A DNA stretch of 43,943 bases from Cyanobacteria bacterium auto_48_18 (lineage in GTDB: Bacteria > Cyanobacteriota > Vampirovibrionia > Obscuribacterales > Obscuribacteraceae): the NCBI GenBank assembly GCA_036170915.1, contig JAVHQC010000031.1:1-43943 (forward strand). Direction: 5' to 3'. The notes under the pieces were generated by a model that was given only the letters and a program-made list of their open reading frames with translations, was not told where the DNA came from and made no database searches. The position numbers and the translations under genes were made by a program. Shown here in pieces: positions 37,246 to 43,943 of the stretch (position 1 is its first letter; each line of letters starts with the position of its first letter).

Positions 37246-38331
37246 TCAATTTTCAATTTTGAGCGCACTGCTGATGCTGTTTTTGTAATCAGGTCGCAAA
37301 ACGCCAACCTCAGTGATAATACCGGCGATCAGCTCTGCAGGGGTGACGTCAAATCCAGGATTATAAGCTTTGGCACCGGGCACCGTTGTAGCGACACCAT
37401 CTATGGTGACAACCTCTGAGCTTGAGCGCTCTTCAATCGGTATGTTTTTTCCATCAAACAGCTCGCTATCAAAAGTTGAAAGCGGTGCGGCGATATAGAA
37501 CGGAATTTTATGGTGATGAGCCAGAACTGCCAGATTGTAGGTGCCTATTTTATTTGCGCTGTCGCCATTCCTGGCAATTCGATCAGCGCCTGTAATCACC
37601 ATGTCTATTTTTCCATGCATCATCAAATGGCCAGACATCGAATCGCAAATTAAAGTGGAAGGTATGCCATCCTGGTGCAATTCCCACATAGTCAATTTTG
37701 AGCCTTGATTGCGTGGTCTGGTTTCATCCACATAAACAGAAATATTCTTGCCGGCAAAATGCGCCGCACGAATAACACCTAAAGCGGTACCATAGCCGCA
37801 CGCAGCCAGACCGCCGGCATTGCAATGAGTGCTGATGCGGGCGCCATCACCGACAAGTTGGGCACCAAATTCGCTGATGGCAAGATTGGCATCAAGATGC
37901 TCTTGAAAAATCTTCTCTGCTTCGTTGTAGGCGAGATTGGCGATATCACCAGGATAACTATGGTCAACCGCCTCTGTAACGAGCGCACTGATGCGCTGCA
38001 AAGCCCAGCGCAAATTTACCGCTGTCGGTCGCGTTTCATTCAATTCGGCGGTAGCTTGCGCAAAGGCTGTGAGAAAATCTGGCTTATCTAAATTCAACGA
38101 TGAGAGCCTGGCAGCATCGAGCGCCAGACCGAAAGCGGCCGCAACCCCTATGGAAGGCGCCCCACGCACCACCATATCGCGAATGGCGAAGACCATATCA
38201 TCGTGCTCTGTAGCGTCAAAATAACAAAGCTCATGAGGCAATTTGCGCTGATCTACCAGCATGATGCGCCCTGGCTCAAATTTGATTGGCAAGACACCCG
38301 GATGATAAGACTTACTGGTGAGAGCAGACAT
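37246..38331 (-). CDS. mtnA: S-methyl-5-thioribose-1-phosphate isomerase
   Basis: DQRKLP, MVVRGAPSIG, TRPTAVNL, THCNAG, DETRP..QG, GADRIA.NGD.ANKIGT, NPGFDVTP. Confidence 0.96.
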   Translation of the reverse strand: MSALTSKSYHPGVLPIKFEPGRIMLVDQRKLPHELCYFDATEHDDMVFAIRDMVVRGAPSIGVAAAFGLALDAARLSSLNLDKPDFLTAFAQATAELNETRPTAVNLRWALQRISALVTEAVDHSYPGDIANLAYNEAEKIFQEHLDANLAISEFGAQLVGDGARISTHCNAGGLAACGYGTALGVIRAAHFAGKNISVYVDETRPRNQGSKLTMWELHQDGIPSTLICDSMSGHLMMHGKIDMVITGADRIARNGDSANKIGTYNLAVLAHHHKIPFYIAAPLSTFDSELFDGKNIPIEERSSSEVVTIDGVATTVPGAKAYNPGFDVTPAELIAGIITEVGVLRPDYKNSISSALKIEN

Positions 38332-38414
38332 ATAATGGTCCTGTGTGTGCGTGTGTGTTTAGGTATATGTGTGTAAGGTCAAATTTTAGAGACATGCGAG
38401 CCTTAAGTCAAAAA

Positions 38415-39335
38415 ATGTCTGTTTACCGCCTGCTTTTAGTGGCGTCTTCGGCTTCTGTGGTCGCACTCTTTTTCGGCGCGAAATATGGGCATTTAGACGC
38501 ACAGCAGAACAGCTCGAACCGCTTGTCACTTGGTGCTCAGGCCAAGGTGCAGAGCTCGGTCAATCTGGCAATTAATGGCCCCAGCGAATACGATTTTCAC
38601 ACGCGCAGCGACATCGAGAATCTGCGCAAAACATTTGTGGCGCAGCACAATGAGCTATTGCTCTACCAATACACGCCCATGCCGGCAATCTTTGGTCAGA
38701 TCGAGGACGGAAAAGCCTGGTGGGGCCTGGAGGGCCAACTTTTTTATGACTCGGGTAACCACAGCCCTGATGGTTTGTCGGAAGAGTCGCGTTTCGTCAA
38801 CAATCCATTTTTGCTGGTTTGCGCCAACATGGTAATCGACGGCTATCAGTACGACTCAAATAAATATCCCAATAAAGAAGATCTCGCTTCGGCTGGTCTA
38901 CCTCTTGAATGCGCCCCAAGTCAGGCGGTGATTTACCCTCGTGAACAAAAAGAAGAGATTACCTACAACGTCAGCAACTTTATGCGCGCCTCGGCCAAAA
39001 TTGTGGACTTTCCCAAACAGCTTGGCAATGCGCCATTTGATGTGGTGGCATACAATGCTCGCGATTTTGGTTTTAATTATCTGGCAGTATCGCCGCGCTT
39101 TTCTAGGAACATCAACAAAACCAGCGACCGCCCCATTGAAATCAGCCAATTTATTCATACCGGCAATTCATGCGGCTACTCAGGTGGTTGCAATAATATG
39201 AGCCCATATATCGAAGGCTTGCATGACCTCTCTTTAAAAGCGGTGCCGGCTCAAGCAGTTGTTTATTTGTGGCGGTCACGACCAAGCTCGGTAGATCAAG
39301 TGCCTGATTTCATGGTCACTCTCAATTTTATTTGA
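38415..39335 (+). CDS. Hypothetical exported or membrane-anchored protein (start uncertain: 38394 or 38415)
   Basis: Long ORF, N-terminal hydrophobic segment, FIHTGNSCGYSGGCNNMSP motif. Confidence 0.75.
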   Translation: MSVYRLLLVASSASVVALFFGAKYGHLDAQQNSSNRLSLGAQAKVQSSVNLAINGPSEYDFHTRSDIENLRKTFVAQHNELLLYQYTPMPAIFGQIEDGKAWWGLEGQLFYDSGNHSPDGLSEESRFVNNPFLLVCANMVIDGYQYDSNKYPNKEDLASAGLPLECAPSQAVIYPREQKEEITYNVSNFMRASAKIVDFPKQLGNAPFDVVAYNARDFGFNYLAVSPRFSRNINKTSDRPIEISQFIHTGNSCGYSGGCNNMSPYIEGLHDLSLKAVPAQAVVYLWRSRPSSVDQVPDFMVTLNFI

Positions 39336-39348
39336 AGCCACTAGAACA

Positions 39349-39378
39349 AAAAGCCCTGTTATTGCTAACAGGGCTTTT
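39349..39378. terminator. Bidirectional intrinsic terminator
   Basis: AAAAGCCCTGTTA-TTGC-TAACAGGGCTTTT between convergent genes. Confidence 0.9.
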
Positions 39379-39398
39379 CAATTCATTCTGTCGCTTTC

Positions 39399-40565
39399 TT
39401 ATTTACTAGGATTGCGCTGTTTCAAGAATTCAGGAATATCGAGAATATCGCTGGCAATCTTTTTCATATCATTCTGATTTTGTTGAGGTTGCTGTTGCGC
39501 TTGCGGAGCTTGACGCTGTTGTGGCTCAGGGCGCTGCTGCTGGGCAGTAGTGCTGGCTTGAGTTGGTCTTGCTTTAGGCTGCGATTGCACGAGCATATCG
39601 AAACCGGTAGCAATAACAGTAATCAACACTTCACCGTGGAGACGGTCATCGAGAACGGCACCAAAGATGATGTTAGCTTCGTCAGAAACAGCCGAGTAAA
39701 TTACGTTGGCTGCTTCTTGCACTTCGTGCAATGTCAGATCAGGGCCGCCAGTGACGTTGAAGATAACGCCTGAGGCACCGTCGATGGTGGTTTCGAGCAA
39801 TGGGCTGTTGATGGCATTGCGAGCGGCTTCTACAGCTCTGCCTTCGCCCGTTGCGCGACCCACGCCCATCAAGGCGGAACCGGCAGTTTGCATTACAGCT
39901 TTGACGTCGGCAAAGTCTACGTTAATGAGACCAGGCACGGTGATGATGTCGGAAATACCCTGAACACCTTGCATCAATACTTTGTCTGCTTCGACAAAAG
40001 CTTCTTGCATTGACGCTCTGTGATCTACTACTTCCAACAAGCGCTGGTTAGGTATTACGATCAAAGTGTCAACGCGTGAACGAATTTCGTTGATGCCTGT
40101 CTCAGCTTGATTGCTGCGGCGCTTACCTTCGAAAAGGAAAGGTCTAGAGACAACACCAACAGTTAAAGCGCCCATCTCTTTGGCTACTTCGGCAACGATT
40201 GGAGCGGCACCAGTACCGGTACCACCACCCATGCCGGCAGCGATGAAGACCATGTCGGCGCCTTGCAAAGCTTGAGCGATTTCTTCGCGGCTTTCTTCAG
40301 CGGCTTTTTGACCGATGGCGGGGTTACCACCAGCTCCTAGCCCACGAGTGAGCTTCGAGCCAATCTGCAAACGATTTTTGGCAGCGGCCAAATCGAGCGC
40401 TTGAGCATCGGTGTTACAAGACCAGAATTCCACTCCATTCAGGCCTGCTGCAATCATTCGATTGACAGCGTTGGAGCCGGCACCACCAACACCAACAACT
40501 TTTATGCTGGCCTTCATTTCGAAGCTTTTGGCAGCTTTCTCATCAATTTTAGCTCGCTCAAGCAC
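39399..40565 (-). CDS. ftsZ: Cell division protein FtsZ
   Basis: [34 protein letters not shown]-terminal LDIPEFL. Confidence 0.98.
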   Translation of the reverse strand: MLERAKIDEKAAKSFEMKASIKVVGVGGAGSNAVNRMIAAGLNGVEFWSCNTDAQALDLAAAKNRLQIGSKLTRGLGAGGNPAIGQKAAEESREEIAQALQGADMVFIAAGMGGGTGTGAAPIVAEVAKEMGALTVGVVSRPFLFEGKRRSNQAETGINEIRSRVDTLIVIPNQRLLEVVDHRASMQEAFVEADKVLMQGVQGISDIITVPGLINVDFADVKAVMQTAGSALMGVGRATGEGRAVEAARNAINSPLLETTIDGASGVIFNVTGGPDLTLHEVQEAANVIYSAVSDEANIIFGAVLDDRLHGEVLITVIATGFDMLVQSQPKARPTQASTTAQQQRPEPQQRQAPQAQQQPQQNQNDMKKIASDILDIPEFLKQRNPSK

Positions 40566-40755
40566 AGCCTTTAGACCTCTTCAAACTACTACGACAATTT
40601 GACTCAATTAAAGTCACGAAACCAGTGAGCAAGCCTTCTCTTGAAGACTTCCACTTTCGGGCATTCGCCATTTGCGACAGATAGCCTACGTATTCACGAT
40701 CAAAGACCTGTCGGTCACTGCAAGCGTGCGCGTTACTGCTGTCTTAGCTTAACTT

Positions 40756-40784
40756 ATGTTAGAGCCTATCTAGTCTATTTGCAA
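40756..40784 (-). promoter_or_regulatory. Putative sigma70-type promoter of ftsZ
   Basis: Minus strand TTGCAA-N17-TAACAT. Confidence 0.55.
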
Positions 40785-40947
40785 GTTGCTACCGCAGGTA
40801 TGTAGTTAACCTTTTCACATACCTAAACGGCATGCTTTCGAGCTTCGACAAGTTGGCAAGAGCACCTCTGCCAAGCTTTACATCTACCCCAATAATCCAC
40901 AGAAGGCATAAATAAATTTTTTGCCCGAAGCAAAGATCGCGGCAACA

Positions 40948-41772
40948 TTACTTAGTTTTAGAAGCGACTTTTATTTTCTCAAGAGTCTGAGCATATGCTT
41001 TGTTATCCGGATCTATATTGACAGCAGACTGGGCAGCGCTCACTGCTTCTTTATACTGACCGTTGGAAGCCATAATTGCCGCTAACAGGCGGAAAGCATC
41101 GGCGTTCTTTTTATCTAACTCAACACAGCGCTGCAAATAGGTTTGGGCTTCTTTCTTCTTACCCTGACCAGCATAAGCAGAGCCCATGTAATAGTTGGCA
41201 TCGGCGCTGTCAGGAGAGAGAGTGAGGGCCATTTTCTCTTCCGCAATTTGACCAGCAAGATCACCTTTTAAGCCGAGAGCGGCGCCATAATCACGGTGTG
41301 CAGTGAAATCTTTGGGGTCAAGCTTAATGGCCTGCCTGAATTCACTTAAAGCCTGATCAATTTTCTTTTCGTCTCTAGAGAGCAACTGAGCATATTTAAG
41401 ATGATAAGCAGCCTTATTAGGAGCCAGTCTCACGGCTTCTTTTATATTAGTTGTAGCCAGAGGAATATCACGTTTGCGGCCATAGCATCTGGCCAAACCC
41501 ATGTAGACTTCAGGGTCTTCGCTATTGAGCTTAACTGCGGTTTTGAATGATTCGATTGCTTTATCAATGTCATTGCCCATCAAGTAGGCTTTTCCGAGTT
41601 TGACATGATTGATTGGATTGCTAGGATTTTGCTCTGAAGCGGCCTGATATCTAAAGATAGCGCTTTTGATGTCTTCTGCATCTTTGTCTTCGCAGAAGCC
41701 AGGCGCAGTCGATGACAGACTAAAACAAGCTAGTCCGGCCACAGCTGCCTTTAGAGAAAGATCAAATCGCAT
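40948..41772 (-). CDS. Exported TPR-repeat protein
   Basis: Signal peptide plus 6-7 clear TPRs. Confidence 0.9.
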   Translation of the reverse strand: MRFDLSLKAAVAGLACFSLSSTAPGFCEDKDAEDIKSAIFRYQAASEQNPSNPINHVKLGKAYLMGNDIDKAIESFKTAVKLNSEDPEVYMGLARCYGRKRDIPLATTNIKEAVRLAPNKAAYHLKYAQLLSRDEKKIDQALSEFRQAIKLDPKDFTAHRDYGAALGLKGDLAGQIAEEKMALTLSPDSADANYYMGSAYAGQGKKKEAQTYLQRCVELDKKNADAFRLLAAIMASNGQYKEAVSAAQSAVNIDPDNKAYAQTLEKIKVASKTK

Positions 41773-41822
41773 TTCAGTACCTCATTTTGCATATCAAATT
41801 TTAGAACACAGACTTAAGCAGA

Positions 41823-42812
41823 TCAACGAGCGGGACGGTCTAGACTGGCGGTACGCGGCATACTCTTAACCAAAAGCTCACTCATGGCAGCCTTGCAAGC
41901 AGGGTCTTGTGGGGCCAGCTGCATGGCCTTACGCAAACTTTCAATTGCTTTCCCAGGCTCTTTCATTGCTTCATATATGCGAGCTTTAGCCAGGTAAGCG
42001 TAATGATTGTTCGGGTCAAGAGAAATCACTTTATCGATCATCAGCTTGGCTTCAGGATACTTTTCTCTCGCTTCATAACAGGATGCCAGGCCCAACACAG
42101 CCATCGCCACCTGCGGCTGACGTGGGTTCTTGGTCATGGCTTTTTCGAAATATGCAGCAGACTGCGAGTATTCGCCTTTTAGAGAGTAGGCCAGGCCGAG
42201 GTTGTAGAGGGAAACAAAATTAGCCGGATCATCGGTCAGCACTTTTTTGAATTCGACGATGGCTAAATCGATAAATCCAAGTTGCTCAAGACAGATGGCA
42301 AGATTGCCGCGGGCGGTGGTATTAGTCGGAGTCAGGTCAACAATTTTCTTAAACTGCCCGCCGGCATCGTCAAATTCGCCCCGTTTCATATAAATGGCCG
42401 CCAGGATCTCGCGTACTTGCAGTGCTTGCAGCGCATTGTCAGCAGATAAATTGAGGGCTTCCAGCAAAGACATGATCGCTTGATCCTGGTTGCCTAACTG
42501 ATTTTGTATGCGACCCAATTCAAGGTGGGCGGCAAAGATGTCGCGTTTTTTGGCAATCAAATCTTCCAAGAGCCGGGCTGCTTGGGTGAGGCCGCTGAGC
42601 GATTTGGTCTTCTCGAGCATGTAGACCGACTGCATTACCTGGTCGCTGTCCACCTTCGGCGCCTTATGAGTAAGACTGTTGAGGCTCGAAAGCGGCGAGC
42701 CGAGGGCGCTCGGCGCCGCAAGAAGCATGACCGCACCGGCAGTGGCGATGCCGCAGTTCGAGCTTTTCGCCCAGAGTCTGATAGTGCTTTTAGTTTGAGT
42801 GTGCTGAGGCAA
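41823..42812 (-). CDS. Exported TPR-repeat protein
   Basis: Hydrophobic N-terminal segment plus about 7 TPRs. Confidence 0.9.
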   Translation of the reverse strand: MPQHTQTKSTIRLWAKSSNCGIATAGAVMLLAAPSALGSPLSSLNSLTHKAPKVDSDQVMQSVYMLEKTKSLSGLTQAARLLEDLIAKKRDIFAAHLELGRIQNQLGNQDQAIMSLLEALNLSADNALQALQVREILAAIYMKRGEFDDAGGQFKKIVDLTPTNTTARGNLAICLEQLGFIDLAIVEFKKVLTDDPANFVSLYNLGLAYSLKGEYSQSAAYFEKAMTKNPRQPQVAMAVLGLASCYEAREKYPEAKLMIDKVISLDPNNHYAYLAKARIYEAMKEPGKAIESLRKAMQLAPQDPACKAAMSELLVKSMPRTASLDRPAR

Positions 42813-42994
42813 AATGAACCTGGTGTTGGTAACTTTGAAAACAACAAGTCATTATATGAGAGGTCAAGGAGTAATCAGAGCGCTTAAAATAACTCCTAAC
42901 TTAACTCTCGTCGCATAGGAAAAATTCCCAACAAAAAAGCAGCGCTCCCCTTCGAAAAGTCGCACTGCTTTCTAGAAATCACCCCGGTAAAGAG

Positions 42995-43261
42995 ATGACT
43001 GAAAAAGATTCTACTGCGGATACTCCGCTAGATCAACTTATTTCGCACTATCTACATAAATCTGCATATCACAATGAGCGCGCGCTGAAACTGTCTAAGT
43101 TTCCAGGCGCTGAAGATAAGCGGCTAGAGCACCTTATTAGAGCCCGTGTATACGGCGAGCTTGCCAGCGATGGCATCAAGCAAGTCATGGGCCATTTGAA
43201 ACCAAGAAAGCGCATTGGCCTGATTGAGCGGTTCTCCGCCTTGTTCAAGCCAGGCGCTTAA
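42995..43261 (+). CDS. Hypothetical 88-aa protein
   Basis: ATG-started ORF upstream of and co-oriented with the RecT-like gene. Confidence 0.6.
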   Translation: MTEKDSTADTPLDQLISHYLHKSAYHNERALKLSKFPGAEDKRLEHLIRARVYGELASDGIKQVMGHLKPRKRIGLIERFSALFKPGA

Positions 43262-43324
43262 TTTTTGGTCCGATAATACTACTGTATATAGCGTATATAC
43301 GGCGCACTATAAGAGGATATATAA

Positions 43325-43943
43325 ATGGAGCAGAAACAGCTACCTGCGCAGCTGCATAGCAGCAGTTTGCAGATTCATACTATCGACGATGCCAAAACCA
43401 TGGGCAACCTTTTTAGCCTGGCGGGCTTGTTTAAGGTCACTGAGAACGATGCCGCAAAGGGTATGACTTCGGAGCAGAAAGAGGCGATCAATGCGGTCAA
43501 ATTGATCATTGGTCATGGCCTTGGCCTGACGCCTTTTGAATCAATGAAGCTGCACATTGTCAAAGACAAGGTAACTGTCGGCTACCAGCAGGTATTGGCC
43601 CTGGTGCGCAGAACACCTGGTTATGACTACAAACTAAAGCAAAACACTATCGAGTGCGCCGAGGTTGAATTTTTCCGCAATGGCGAAAGTCTTGGCGTCA
43701 GTAAGTTTGATACTGAAGATATGCAGCGCTCAGGCGGTGGTGCTATATGGCAGAGGTTTCCTTCTGAAATGCGGCTATCTAAGGCTGTCTCAAAAGGTGT
43801 CAATGCTTGCTGTCCTGAAATCTTCGGCGGTTCGGTTTATACACCACAAGATCTAGACAACAATTCGGCTGCTGGTCTTGATCTTGATGTTGAAGTGGTG
43901 GCAGAAGAAAAAAAGCCCAGACCTGTGATGCCTGTGCAGGGGG
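43325..43943 (+). CDS. RecT-family single-strand annealing protein (3' truncated by window end; absent from ORF track)
   Basis: AGAGGA RBS; open to the edge; MEQKQLP..AVKLIIGHGLGLTPFESMKLHIVKDK..YDYK..AEVEFFRNGESLGVSKF..WQRFPSEM..KAVSKGVNACCPEIFGGSVYTPQDL. Confidence 0.8.
   Translation, partial: MEQKQLPAQLHSSSLQIHTIDDAKTMGNLFSLAGLFKVTENDAAKGMTSEQKEAINAVKLIIGHGLGLTPFESMKLHIVKDKVTVGYQQVLALVRRTPGYDYKLKQNTIECAEVEFFRNGESLGVSKFDTEDMQRSGGGAIWQRFPSEMRLSKAVSKGVNACCPEIFGGSVYTPQDLDNNSAAGLDLDVEVVAEEKKPRPVMPVQG

Noticed and set aside
562..43856. Numerous 60-216 aa ORFs overlapping the called genes (e.g. 2373-3023, 9967-10440, 24163-24606, 43224-43466, 43665-43856)
   Set aside because: Antisense or off-frame shadows of well-supported genes, with no motifs of their own

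Overview
A 43.9-kb, densely coding bacterial chromosomal segment. Cyanobacteria-type FtsZ motifs, amiC-murI synteny, many TPR proteins, a Zn-ribbon Ser/Thr kinase and no photosynthesis genes suggest non-photosynthetic Cyanobacteriota (Melainabacteria/Vampirovibrionia, probably Obscuribacterales); this is inference only. Housekeeping content: hemW, family-4 UDG, murI, AmiC-like amidase, K+-independent hppA, pit/DUF47, mtnA, ftsZ, a secretin and two TadE-like pilins. The most unusual part is the first 8.6 kb. A secreted thioester protein (alpha-2-macroglobulin family, CFEQ motif, with His at the position matching the complement-C3 catalytic His) and an SPFH protein are transcribed divergently from a membrane VIT-vWA(MIDAS) protein. 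The block is bounded by two 53/55-identical direct copies of the 3' end of a candidate structured small RNA. Also notable: a stand-alone HisRS-like paralog behind the secretin, a perfect 43-bp palindrome, tandem palindromes between convergent genes, a structured ftsZ leader, and a RecT-like gene missing from the ORF track that runs off the right edge. No tRNA, rRNA, CRISPR array, integrase or transposase was recognised. All calls are by eye, without database searches.
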